DNA of 64,000 bases, taken from positions 5,495,888 to 5,559,887 of the forward strand of contig NC_092676.1 in the NCBI RefSeq assembly GCF_964355755.1, written 5' to 3'. Shown here piece after piece: positions 51,952 to 64,000 of this stretch. This DNA comes from Antedon mediterranea. Its lineage: Eukaryota; Animalia; Echinodermata. Each line of letters starts with the position of its first letter. Position 1 is the first letter of the stretch. A program made the translations under genes and the position numbers. The notes under the pieces are model-generated. The model worked only from the letters and a program-made list of their open reading frames with translations, was not told the origin of the DNA and did not search any database.

Positions 51952-54900
51952 TCATGTATCCGGTAGTTCTACGTACAAATTGGTATCTTCTAAATAATAT
52001 GTATACATTGGTATATATGTGCTGTCATCATTGTTCATAATCGACTCGTCCATTTCAGTATCAGAGTCGTTAAGACCGAAGACACATTGCGAGTAACTAG
52101 GAGGTGGAGCTGTAAAAAATAAACATTGTATTTCGTTTAGACGATACCAATAAACGCATCAGGTTATACGCGTGCGTACAAAAGTCGTATAATTTATCAA
52201 CTTCTGAACGCACGTGTTAAATTTGTGTCTGTGGAAGCATTGATAGAGATCTTTGATAATTAAATGTTTTCCAGATAGGCCTACTGATTGGACACCCCCT
52301 ATTCAGTGAACACTTTCCCGTAAAAAGAATGAGGGAAATCTATGTTAACACTATATTCGTAGAAACCTTATTGAAGACTAAACAAAGTGTCTTAATATTG
52401 CCATTGTCCCTCGTTCATCGTTTGGAAACCCCTATTCAGGGAACACTTTCCCGTAAAAAAGAATGAGGGGACATCTCTTTTAACACTATGGTCAAACCCT
52501 TTAGTAGAACCCTTATTTAGGCGATACGTACATGTAGAACCAAACAAATAGGGCTGGCCATTGTCCGTCGTTCATCGCTCCTCCTCCCTCCATCCTCTCA
52601 ACATCATCCCAACATCCCACCTCAGGGGTGAACTCAATTGTCTTAGAACTTACCTTCATACGGAGGTGGCGAATCTGCCTCTGGGTCAACGAGCCGTGTA
52701 GCTTCTGATACTCCTTGGTTTCTTACTGGTCGGCTTCTTCGAAGACTAGGCCTTGGTGGCTGTTGGACGTTATTATTATTGTTACTGGTACTAGCTTCGC
52801 TTTGTTCACCAGGCCTACGTGGTATAGTTGCTATAACCACGGGAAGAGGAAGAGTTGCCGATGTACACTCGTCTTTAACCACAAGCTTTGAACAAAAAAA
52901 CGTAGTGATCGAACGTTACTACAATCGAAGAAAAGGCTTTGCGTTATTTGTTTCCCATCAGGATATGGCAAAGCGTGAGAATGATAGGAAAACAAACAAT
53001 GCTGCCGGATGGCACATAAATTGATGTCCTGTTTGCATTGCTTGCAAAAAGAAGCTCTTCTATCCTCCTTAAAGAAAGGTGGCAATCCTTCAAAAAACAA
53101 AACTTTGATATATTCGTGGGTTGTGATTTGTCATAATAAAACAATTCATTCAGCGGAAATGAGCGTTGGAAAGAGCATCGTCCTTCAGTGACGTAACGCA
53201 CAGTACAAAGACCCCTGGTAACTGGTTTAGTACTCCCCCAATGACACTCCAACGCTGGGTAGTTGCAGGAGACTGTTCATGCTCTGGGGCGCGCCCCTTG
53301 AGCTCTGGAGGCCCTGGGTTTAGCCAGTGAGCGCCCATAGCCGTTACGCCACCACTGCCGTCCTTACCTCAATGAAATATTCAACTTTGATCAAAGGACA
53401 TACTGACATTGTCGGAGGAACCATCGGCATTCTGACCCGTACGTCATCCCAATGCTCCGTAGTGAATGGGAATACACTGTTTAACTTGTGTTTCCAGACG
53501 GTTTTCGGACAAAGTTTGTGTTCGTTTCTGACGTTACTTCCGGTGGTACAGTCTGTCAATGTCGTCTGCTGGTAAAGCCTGACCACAACCTCCATTAAGT
53601 CCGGGGAACGATTGTTTATTTCGGCAGAAAATCTCACATATTCTCCTGAATAGAAAAACGTATACAAAAGTAAGCAGCAGAGATGTCTTTAACCATAACA
53701 TTAAAAATAGCATTAGAAGATTACAATTTGCGACCAGCTAAAGGCTAGAACGTATGCTTACTGATTCTCAGTACTGTAACTCTATATATGACAAGATGTC
53801 CAATGTCACACGGCGTGATACGGCGTTTCATGTGTTTCACCTTTGGTACGTGAATTCTATCATGGAAGGTTAGTGGGAAGTTGGGTTAAGGTTTATTACA
53901 GGCGTTACCTGAAAACACATGAAATGCTGTATCATGGAATTTACCTATGATGCGGGACACAGTATACAGTTGACCGAGAATCGACCAGGCCTACAGGTTT
54001 GATGATGAATTAACCATCGAGCAAAACAAAAACAAGATTACCTGGACAATATGCTTTGCGGTTGATTTCAAATGTCGCAGTAAATTGGCTTTTGCACACC
54101 CAGCAGCAACCGATCTGAAGTCCTTTAGTTTCCGTAGATGGGCTCTAGAAAATTGAGAGTTATTTACAGTAAATCACACATCGTACACATACAAATAAAT
54201 ATTATGTTGGTTAGGAGCGAACACATGGTGTAAGCTTGCAGGTACATTATGATCTTTCTGCTTCCGTGACGTGGAACAATGAACCAAGACGAGTTTCATA
54301 ATGAAACCAATTGATTAACATTGGGATACACTTTGAACGCACATTGACATACGGTAAAACTGACAGACATGACCAGAGAGAAAGAGAGAGAATTACTGCT
54401 GGTTAATCGCTCGTCAAAAGCTGTGTCTGTCGATGATGGATGCCAGCGGTCTTTCCAACATCTCTTTTCAATCGTTAAACTTGACAGGCCCAGTGACAAA
54501 ATATCTGAACTGCTCCTCTGACATCTTGTGCTCTTGTCATCTTGTGCATCGTGTGCTTCTGTCATCTTGTGCTTCTGTCATCCTTTGCTTCTGTGTCATC
54601 TTGTGCTTCTGCCGTCTTGTGTTTCTGTCATATTGTGCTTCTGTCATCTTGTGCTTCTGTCGTCTTTTGCTTCTGTCATCTTTTGCTTCTGCCATCTTGT
54701 GCCTCTGTCCTCTTGTGCTTCTGTCATCTTAATTTGCTTCTGTCATCTTAATTTGCTTCTGTCATCTTGTGCTTCTGTCGTCTTGTACTTCTGTCATCTT
54801 GTGCTTCTGTCATCTTGTGCCACTGCCACTGTCATATTGTGCTTCTGTCATCTTGTGCTTCTGTCATATTGTGTCTGTCATCTTGTGCTTCAGTCATCTC

Positions 54901-57900
54901 TTGCTTCTGTCATCTTGTGCTTCTATCATCTTCTACTTCTGTAATCTTGTGCTTCTGTCACCTTGTGCCACTGTCATATTGTGCTTCTGTCATCTTGTGC
55001 TTATGTCATCTTGTGTCTGTCATCTTGTGCCTCTGTCATCTTGTGTCTGTCATCTTGTGCTTCTGTCATCGTGTGCTTCTGTCATCGTGTGCTTCTGTCA
55101 TCTTCTGCTTCTATCATCTTCTACTTCTGTAATCTTGTGCTTCTGTCACCTTGTGCTACTTCGTGTAGGTGGATGACCAATAGAATATTGAAAATGTACT
55201 GTGATCGCGCAGCAGAGTTCAGATCACAGGAGTGGTCTTATGATCTGAAACTAGAAATACTCACCAGATAGCAAGGAGCGTTGACGTCAATGTCATCTAT
55301 GATGGTGAACACCTTTCTACATATCTTGTTCATTGATTGAGGTCCTGGATTCACAGTAGCTTCCACGTAATATCTAATGAAACCGAATTTTGCTTCAAAT
55401 GACGTTGGAAGATGGCTGAAATGAAATCGAACGTTTAAGCTTGGTTCCCACTAGAACGTAAACGCAAACGCAAGCGATGTTGACCAATTACAAGCGACAG
55501 TTCAAATAATCCATCGCTTGTGATTGATCAACTCACTTACATTGCGTTACGTCCTTGTGTGTCTTACTTCTGCTAGTGGGAACCAAACATTACTGATAAA
55601 ACATCATTCACCACGACAGGTTAAAGAGTAACCAGCCAGTAATACAGAAATGTCACCATAAATAAAGGTGAAAGCTAGTTTAGATATGGTAGGCCCTACC
55701 TTTGTGAAAGCTAGTTTAGATATGGTAGGCCCTACCTTTGTGGCAGTTTAAACTTGAACCTCATCACGGCATCGCCACCTGGTAGCTTCTGACTTGCAAA
55801 TTCTGGTTTTATAAGGAAAACAATCCATAGTTTCTCTAAAGCTCTGTCTACACTATCAAACTTTATGTTACAACAAAAATGTGATGTGCCCATATGTGGA
55901 CATGATGATTCCATATCACTACCATATTTGGGTATATCACTACCATATTTGGGCACACACTTTATTTGTCAAACTAGTTTGATAGTGTAGGAGACAGAGC
56001 TTCACTAAACGTATTTCTTTCATTCGTCAATTACACAATTTGTTCAACACTCCCTCCACTTACGGACTTCTACAAATCTCTCTGTAGGTAGCCTACTCTT
56101 GGAACGTTTAAATGGTCTTTCACACCGAGTAGCCGCGTGAAAACGAAACATTGACGTTCGATTTGATTTAACGGCACCAGAACTCTGTCGGAACAGGTGT
56201 GGAAGACTCTTAAGTCCTTCGTACCCCAACCTAACATTCTAATGAAACTTTTTCCCTCTCTCCACCAGCACGAGTCAAACTGGGCGCCCTGAAACTAGAT
56301 TAAAACCAGCAACTTACGTCCTCCCCAAAGTTCTTGTCGTAAATTAACGTATAACTTCTCCTCGCCAAAGTGCCTTGATGTCCTAACCGACCCTGCCTGC
56401 TGCCACCATACCTAGCAGTCAATAGATCGGGAAAAATGATGCCACAATCATCAAAATGTTATCAATAATATTACAATTATGGAGTATTTCAATTTCATTA
56501 TAGGCCTACTACAATATTTTCTGAACAAAGTTACTGCTGAGATTTTAAGAGCAAGATTTTCTGCTACAGTAACCGAAATATACCGCAGATAGAGATGATT
56601 CTTGTTTGTTTGTTTTCCCAATGCTAACCCTAAATGTCCATTTACACTAGGACGATAACGATCGACGATAAATAGATAACCATGCATTTTTCTTATATAA
56701 AATTAGACAGGTTTTCGTTCTAGAACTATATGATTAATCAGTTATGCTGTCTTTGATAAAAATAATATTTTTTTTAAACCCAATCAAATTACGTCATGAT
56801 TAATAAAAACAATAAAATCGTTGTATTGTCACGATATTATTTCTCTTACCAATCATGACGTCATGATGTCTTTGATTGGACGTGTGAAAATAACATTTTC
56901 ATCAAAGGAAGCGTAGATGGTTATCCTTAAGCGTGGTTCCCACTAGCGACGCAACGCAAGGACGTAACGCAACGCAAGTGAATTGACCAATCACAAGCGA
57001 TGGCTTATTCGCTTGTGATTGCTAACTGTCTATAACTTCGCTTGTCATTGGTTAAAACGCTTGCGTTGCGTTTACGTCCTTGCGTTACGTTCTAGCGGGA
57101 ACCAAGCCTTAGCGTGGTTCCCACTAGCGACGCAACGCAAGGACGTAACGTTACGTTCTAGTGGCAACCAAGCTTTAGTTATAGGATGAAATATTGTTAG
57201 ATTTCTTTTGTTTTATATATGAAAAATACATATTTATTATCTATTTATCGTCGATCGTTATAGTCCTGGTGTAAATGGGACTGTTCCTCTGTCACGCATG
57301 TCACTGAAACGTTTGTTTTTTTCATTAGGCCTATTTTTAATGAAAAAAATCCAAAAGAACGGTTTTCTTCAACACTGGTTCAGCTCACATTTGCTCCGAA
57401 AACCTTTTAAAAACCCTATTTACTCGAAAACTAAATCGAAAATATATTCTCTGAAAGCAAAACCCCTCATGCATTATACATTGTTTTTTTTTCTAAGAAG
57501 TATCATCTTTTATGACACCACGTTATTCTTGTGAGTCAAACGCCAACGCACATCAACCGTGTATAGTCAACCGTAACAACTAAGAAAAAATGCTAATAAT
57601 ATTATATATTATAATAATAAGTATGTTTGAAAACGTTGACGGAATATTCAGCCGATATCAAAAGAAATTTCACTACTCCGAATTAATCAATAAAAAATAA
57701 ATGATGAAAACAATGATAAATACATATTGACATCTATGGAAATTTAGTTTAGTCATGTGATATATGAAGACTCTCTAAGGCGTTACAACTTTTGTGCAAA
57801 TACGTGTCAATTGTAATCATTGTTGCCAATGATAATGACGTCATTTGAAAATAATCACCATGATGTTTTCTAAATTATTATCATTATCTCTTTAGTATCA

Positions 57901-58684
57901 TAATTTATGATATCTGTTTGATCATAAATGGGTTGTGTTTATCGTCATAAATTAATATTACTATCATAAATAATCATTTTGTTCATTTTAATTTTATATT
58001 CTGACAGATATGATATTCGGAGAGGCCAGATAGCTACATAGCCGTTAAGGCTAATGGCTAATAAAACGGCCTCCGGATCCTTAAAATAATTACGAAGACA
58101 TTATACACAAGATGCTCTACACAAACACAGTCTTTATTACACCGTACGTCTTTGGGAGTGGAATTGTTCTGTCATGACATCTGACAGGATTTGAACCCAG
58201 GACCCTGGGATTGGTAGCCGAGCCTCTTAACCACCAAGCTACAGTCCACAATAATTGATAGCATTATGAAGATACACAAATCTAATCTTTATTTGCATTT
58301 GTTATCGTTATCATCATTATCATCATCGTTATCTTATCATCATCGTCATCGCAATGTTCCTTAAATTTTCATCGCTGTCGTCATCATCAACAGCATCATT
58401 CTCATCATCACTACTACTGTCAGTCGGCGTGATGTCATTATCATTGTCGTTATGATCACAGACATGATCAGCGTATAATCATTGATTGTGTGCCAGTGAT
58501 TATGACGTAATAGCAATATTTTAAGAAACCTTACCTTAGCTTTACCTATCAACACCACCTTGACCAGTTCAAGCTGACATGGTTCCTTTAGGTTGGTCAC
58601 CACCTTCCCCTTCACGTACTCGCCACACCTATAAACAGGGTGTGTACTATCCAAAATGATGGTTAGCGACCGTATTCTACCCAT
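51952..58684 (-). CDS. Alpha-arrestin (arrestin domain-containing protein, ARRDC-like), 8 coding exons, about 410 aa
   Basis: Exons 58684-58535, 56411-56318, 55802-55736, 55415-55265, 54144-54042, 53645-53368, 52885-52654 and 52109-51952 (total 1233 nt, GT-AG). Motifs VYRCGEYVKGKV, FKFKLP..LPTSFEAKFGFIRYYVEA, RKAYCPGE, IKVEYFIE and C-terminal PPPY and PPSY. Confidence 0.93.
53186..53357. mobile_element. Small hAT-like MITE
   Basis: Ends cagtgacgtaacg ... cgttacgccaccactg with 8-bp flanks tcgtcctt / ccgtcctt (7 of 8 match). Confidence 0.7.
54520..55160. repeat. 16-bp minisatellite (tgtcatcttgtgcttc)n
   Basis: Roughly 40 degenerate tandem copies in arrestin intron 4. Confidence 0.95.
56637..57280. 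mobile_element. MITE with TIRs of about 40 bp, containing a nested tandem pair of family-B MITEs (56930-57175)
   Basis: Ends ccatttacactaggacgataacgatcgacgataaatagataa ... ttatctatttatcgtcgatcgttatagtcctggtgtaaatgg. Confidence 0.8.
58095..58249 (-). mobile_element. tRNA-derived SINE (same family as 16448-16717)
   Basis: Minus strand reads tagcttggtggttaag...gggttcaaatcctgtcagatgtc...ccactcccaaagac...tgtagagcatcttgtgt. Confidence 0.8.
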
Positions 58685-59581
58685 CTTGCGAAACCATTCA
58701 GGGGTTAGAATCGACACCACAATCAAGCCATCTTGTAAATCCAAAATATCTCCTTCGACATCATTATATTATTATTATCCCTTTACGGTTGTTGAATCAT
58801 TAATGCACATAATGTTTACCATAATGAAAAATAGTCTACGGCTGACAGAATAGCACCATCGCGTTATGCTTTCTCGGTGACTCCTATGCTAATTCGACTT
58901 GTAATTTATTTTCCTTAACTATCTGAGAACGACGTACGACGTAGCAAACGTGCAATGTAATTACTACACGCACATTTAAGTACAGTTGTATTGAGTGCGT
59001 TTTATATATACTATTGATTATTGATGCGTACCGTATTTATTCTGTTGTTGCAAATGAGGTTAATCAAGTTAAATATTTAATTTTGTGTCCCCTCATCCTC
59101 TCATCGTCCTTATTCAATAATAATAATTGTCAGTGTTGGTGTTTATAAAAATGAGTTAGGAATCAATTTAAGACGAGTGGCACGTAGAGATGAATTTGAA
59201 TATGTATTTTATAAGCACATTATTTATAGCGTGGTATCTCAACCAATTGGATTTCGAGGCCCCCGCGGGTGTGAAACAGATTTTAGAAAAAATGTGAAAC
59301 TTATCAATTACTGGGTCTGTAGCAACTGTTAAATATTATTTTATGCATGTCATTGTTTTAAAATTAATATGTTCCACGTACCATTACTTTTTGTAAAAAT
59401 CGTATTAACTTTAATCCGAGATTTTTGCAACTCATCTATTAATCCTCAACCAACCATTGTGAAAACTGGTTGTCGCCCTCTATTTTCGCCAATATTCAAT
59501 TGATTGATCACATCATCATCGGCGGATATCAGGAGAAGTTTCGCTCAACTGCAAAAGCAAAATAAATACCTGCATTTAACT
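58685..59581. promoter_or_regulatory. Candidate divergent promoter region between arrestin and glutaredoxin, ending in a probable non-coding glutaredoxin exon
   Basis: The arrestin starts at 58684 on -. A strong donor (act|gtaagt) follows 59581 on +, and an acceptor ttaag ends at 60232 just before the glutaredoxin ATG. Confidence 0.45.
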
Positions 59582-60240
59582 GTAAGTACAACCTAGCTTA
59601 GCAGGTATTTTACATTCTACCATTGTAGTCTGAAATGCTTTCTTGCTACCCATGGTACGACTAAGTGTCCGTTTTCTCTCTTACAAGAGGGCCTAGGCTA
59701 GGCTGTAGTAAGCTAGCTAGGCCCAGCTGTAACAGTATTGGAATAATTTCATCAGGCACCCAACAGCTTGTCCAGTATACCTGGATCTAGGCCCAGCACA
59801 CAAGGTCAATGGACTAAAAGAATAGTGACTTGCAGTTTCTGACTCGCCTATTGTAAAGTTAATGACGTGAAGACTTAAGCAGGGAGGAACTGGGCCCCAT
59901 TTATTCATTTGTTTATAGATATAAATTATTAAAGCAAATAATCTTTTTTAATTTTAGATTTTAAATTGATAATTTAGGCCTAGAGAGGCCAGGAGGCCCT
60001 AGCTAGCTAGAGGCCAAGTAGGTAGATTAATTGTTTGGAAAATGTCCACTTGTGTATTATGTAGATAGTGTTATCAATAAACCTCAATCTATAGTATAGT
60101 CAGAGTGCAAAGATATATTTTCAACTTACATTATTCTGCCATTTCTTTTATTTTAATTTTTTCCTACACATTGTAATGTATGTTTGTTAATGAAATGATA
60201 ATAAATATATTTTTTCCCTCAATTTTCTTAAGGTATTTAC

Positions 60241-61273
60241 ATGGGATTGTCTGGATCAAAAGAAGATAACATGGCAGCCACAAACTTTGTAGAAACTGCA
60301 ATTCATGACAAGTGCGTGGTGGTATTCTCCAAAACGTACTGCCCATACTGCAAGATGGCAAAGGCCGCCCTCGATGAGGAGGGAGCTAAATACGAAGTGG
60401 TTGAGCTGGATAAACGCAGTGATGGCGATGCTATTCAGAATGCTCTTGCCCAAATTACTGGAGCAAGAACGGTAAGTACTAATCCATATAAAGTGCAACC
60501 CCTTAAACAATTGTTTGGTGTTGTGTATTCTAATTTAATAATAGCCGATTTCCCCCCTTAAATTAGTCCTATAATCTTATAGCTTATAATAATATGCAAA
60601 GATGCACGTGCAGAGTAATTTGACCAATCAGAAGTTACAGTTCAGATAATCTGTTGCTTGTGATTGGTCAGATAAATTACATTTTAGATTAATTGCATTG
60701 CAGGTCAGGGGAAAATTTCATTTTTAAATTTTGTTTAGCAATATTGCTAATCAAACTGATTTTTTAGTCGAGAAACATAGTTTTGTATTGTATTTTTTGC
60801 TACACAAATTTAAAAATCTGTAGCAAAAAGGTTGTTTTGTATAGCTTTTTGCTATGCTACACTGGCGAAATTATTCCCTGCAGGTACTATACTATCCTTT
60901 CCATTGCATCCTATTGGCAGCTTTCCTAGTACAGTCCATTTTAATTTGTTGATGGTTTCCTTCCCATAATCCCATAGTCCTAGGTTCAATGACACGACTT
61001 GCTAGCCATGACAAAACTAAAATCGCCACCCCCTTCCCAAAGACTGGAGATTTTTATGCAGTTTATTTGCTATTAACACTTTCCTGTTCTGTTAAATTCT
61101 GGCCTAAATTATGATATTAATAACAAACAAAGAATTTGTATGTATTTTATATGCAGGTTCCAAGAGTCTTCATCAAAGGAAAGTGTATTGGAGGCGGTTC
61201 GGAGACCAGGGATATGCAGGCATCCGGAGAGCTTAGGAAGCTCCTTGAGGAATGTGGCAATGCCCTGAAATAG
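60241..61273 (+). CDS. Dithiol glutaredoxin (CPYC; GLRX2-like N-terminus), 2 coding exons, 115 aa
   Basis: Exons 60241-60471 and 61157-61273. Motifs CVVVFSKTYCPYC, TVP spanning the junction (ART|VPRVFI) and KCIGGGSE; stop TAG at 61271-61273. Confidence 0.95.
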
Positions 61274-61529
61274 ATATGCACAATGTTGATTTTGTATTTA
61301 TCATAATTTGATGAGAAATATTATTTTATATATGACCATAAATTTTGTTACTATACAAACCAAAAATATAACCATAATGCATATTAAAAACATACTATTT
61401 TGTATACAAAAGAGCGACTGGCTGGGATTGGTAGAGTTTATTAAAAAATGTAGTGATTATTTTGATTGCTGTAGAGGATAACAAAATACTATTAATATGG
61501 CAGTATAATTTCAGTAATAATAGTAACAG

Positions 61530-62530
61530 AGGTAATTGAAATGTGATTACTGAGGTAATTGCAATGTAATTACTGAAGTAATTGCAATGCTATTACTGAG
61601 TGAATGTAATGTAATTACTGAGTGAATGTAATGTAATTACTGAAGTAATGTAATTACTGAGGTAAATTGTAATGTAATTACTGAGTGAATGTAATGTAAT
61701 TACTGAGGTAAATGCAATGTGATTACTGAAGTAATGTAATGTGATTACTGAGGTAATTGCAATGTAATTACTGAAGTAATTGCAATGCTATTACTGAAGT
61801 AAATGTAATGTAATTACTGAGTGAATGTAATGTAATTACTGAAGTAATGTAATTACTGAGGTAAATTGTAATGTAATTACTGAGTGAATGTAATGTAATT
61901 ACTGAGGTAAATGCAATGTGATTACTGAAGTAATGTAATGTGATTACTGAGGTAAATGCAATGTGATTACTGAAGTAAATGTAATGTGATTACTGAGGTA
62001 AATGCAATGTGATTACTGAGGTAAATGCAATGTGATTACTGAGGTAAATGTAATGTGATTACTGAGGTAAATGCAATATGATTACTGAAGTAAATGTAAT
62101 GTGATTACTGAGGTAAATGCAATGTGATTACTGAAGTAAATGTAATGTGATTACTGAGGTAAATGCAATGTGATTACTGAAGTTAATGTATTGCGATTAC
62201 TGAGGTAAATGCAATTTGATTACTGAGGTAAATGTATTGTGATTACTGAGGTAAATGCAATGTGATTACTGAAGTAAATGTATTGTGATTACTGAGGTAA
62301 ATGCAATTTGATTACTGAGGTAAATGCAATTTGATTACTGAGGTAAATGCAATGTGATTACTGAAGTAAATGTATTGTGATTACTGAGGTAAATGCAATT
62401 TGATTACTGAGGTAAATGCAATTTGATTACTGAAGTAATTGTAATGTGATTACTAAAGTAAATGTAATGTGGTTACTGAAGTAATTGCAATAGTACTGAA
62501 GTAATTGAAGTGTAATTACTGAAGTCTGTA
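61530..62530. repeat. Minisatellite of about 23 bp (aatgtgattactgaggtaaatgc)n
   Basis: About 1 kb of tandem copies downstream of the glutaredoxin. Confidence 0.95.
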
Positions 62531-64000
62531 ACTAAAATATTACTGAAACAGATTTAAAAAGCTTGATTTACAGTACTTTTAAATGAGCCTTACTTTATTC
62601 TGTTATTGTATTTCACTAGACTAGGTATTTTATATTACGGTAGAACCTCTATAAAGGGGACACATTCTTGACCAAATTAACTTCTTCTTAATTAAATATT
62701 CAGGAAACAAGTCCCCTTAATAGGAGGGTCCTACCATATTTATAGATATTGCTGAGACTTATTTTGAATAAATTTGCATTAATTTGATTTTTTCGGTGTA
62801 GTATTATGGTAAATTTCTGTATTCACATTTTGTTTGTATTCGCACCACATAGAGTTATAGCTACACTTATAGTATGTAGTCTTGTGTGAATGGGAAATAA
62901 AAAATACAATAGATGATTTAGTGTGTGTGTGCTTTGTTTGTGTTTTAGTGGGGTGATAGAAGATTTGAACCTGTACGTTGGAAGTCAATAGGAACACATC
63001 TCACTACTTTAAATATTTGATTATGATGATTATACAGTAGTGTGTTTATCGTCGTATGCCTTCTTTGATTTGACGGTTTGTAATTGTCCACGGCAATCTG
63101 GCAACAGGACATTGAACTCCCTGATCAACATAGAAACTCGTAAACACTCTTTGATCTTATGTCTGGCTGCGACAAGTACCAACAGTACTGTACTAAGTAC
63201 ATATTGTCCGCGGTGTCTGCTAAGGGGCGTGGAACTCTGAGTGTGTCGCAGCCACAGATAAACCCTTTGAAGATCACCGGAGCTCAGTATCCTGTCGATT
63301 GCCTTGGTTTGTCCAACATGTTTTTCCATCCATATCTACAATCGTCTCTCTGGTGGGGCTCTCTTCCAGTGACCAGTGTAAGATGTTAGTAAGGTACTCT
63401 ACTCACCCACTATTCAATTGATGTTATCACACTCCATATATCTCATGTACATGATAATCTTGTTTTCTTCGTGTTTCTAAGTGCGCGCTCAATGTTATAC
63501 TCTAAATCGATTTTATTACACTAGGGTGAATAGCCTTTTCTTTTTGATTTACTGTGATAATGACGTGGCACTGATTTGGTAACTATTGTAGAGAATGAAC
63601 CTCTCCAGCCTTTGCGACACCCCAATTCATGGGAAACCCATAATATTCAGGGAGCACTTTCGACGAACGAAAAATAGGAGAAAATATGTTTTAACCACTT
63701 TTAACACAGTTACTGATGATACTGATATTATTTTATTGTCTATAGTAATATAAAATGGAAATACATTTTGAAACTGGCATAAAAATATAAAAAAAGATAT
63801 ACTATAGGCCTACAAATTCAGAAAATTACAACTAAATACACAAATATACATTAATACAGATTAAAATCTTTTATCATAAAATTATTAAAACAATTAAAAA
63901 TACAATATACAATACAAGAAGAATTGCACAATGATACGTTAACAGTTCCCTATCTTGCTGTGAGTTTATCAAATGTATGACGTTGGCTATAAAGGTGTAA

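Noticed and set aside
54433-55271. Cys/Leu-rich ORFs resembling metallothionein or keratin-associated proteins
   Set aside because: They come from a 16-bp minisatellite that is largely stop-free in all three + frames.
59635-59660. Possible upstream coding exon for glutaredoxin (ATGCTTTCT…CCATG|gt)
   Set aside because: Its phase-2 donor is incompatible with the phase-1 requirement of the acceptor at 60233.
582-61273. Functional cluster of GPCR, E3 ligase and arrestin (receptor ubiquitination)
   Set aside because: LTN1 acts in ribosome quality control, whereas PPxY arrestins recruit NEDD4-family ligases. Adjacency alone is not evidence of a shared pathway.

Overview
AT-rich, intron-rich animal genomic DNA, probably an invertebrate (echinoderm-like is an inference). 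Four multi-exon genes were rebuilt by hand from GT-AG junctions and reading-frame continuity. (1) 582-14450 (+): a GRL101/type-C LGR-like leucine-rich-repeat GPCR of about 802 aa. Its ectodomain is built from tandemly duplicated 72-nt LRR exons, seven of which share an invariant 38-nt core but differ at concave-face codons, with decayed exon copies between them. (2) 20645-48115 (+): listerin/LTN1 RING E3 ligase, 30 coding exons, about 1930 aa. (3) 58684-51952 (-): an alpha-arrestin (ARRDC-like) with two PPxY motifs, about 410 aa. (4) 60241-61273 (+): a CPYC glutaredoxin of 115 aa, head-to-head with the arrestin. Non-coding DNA is dense in MITEs, tRNA-derived SINEs and minisatellites, and includes four 1.4-kb Helentron/HINE-like copies, a Penelope-like inverted-repeat insertion with a hammerhead core, and a LINE 3' remnant. 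The most interesting signal is the VLR-like variable LRR exon array fused to a 7TM receptor. Coordinates were counted by eye and may be off by a few bases; no database searches were run.
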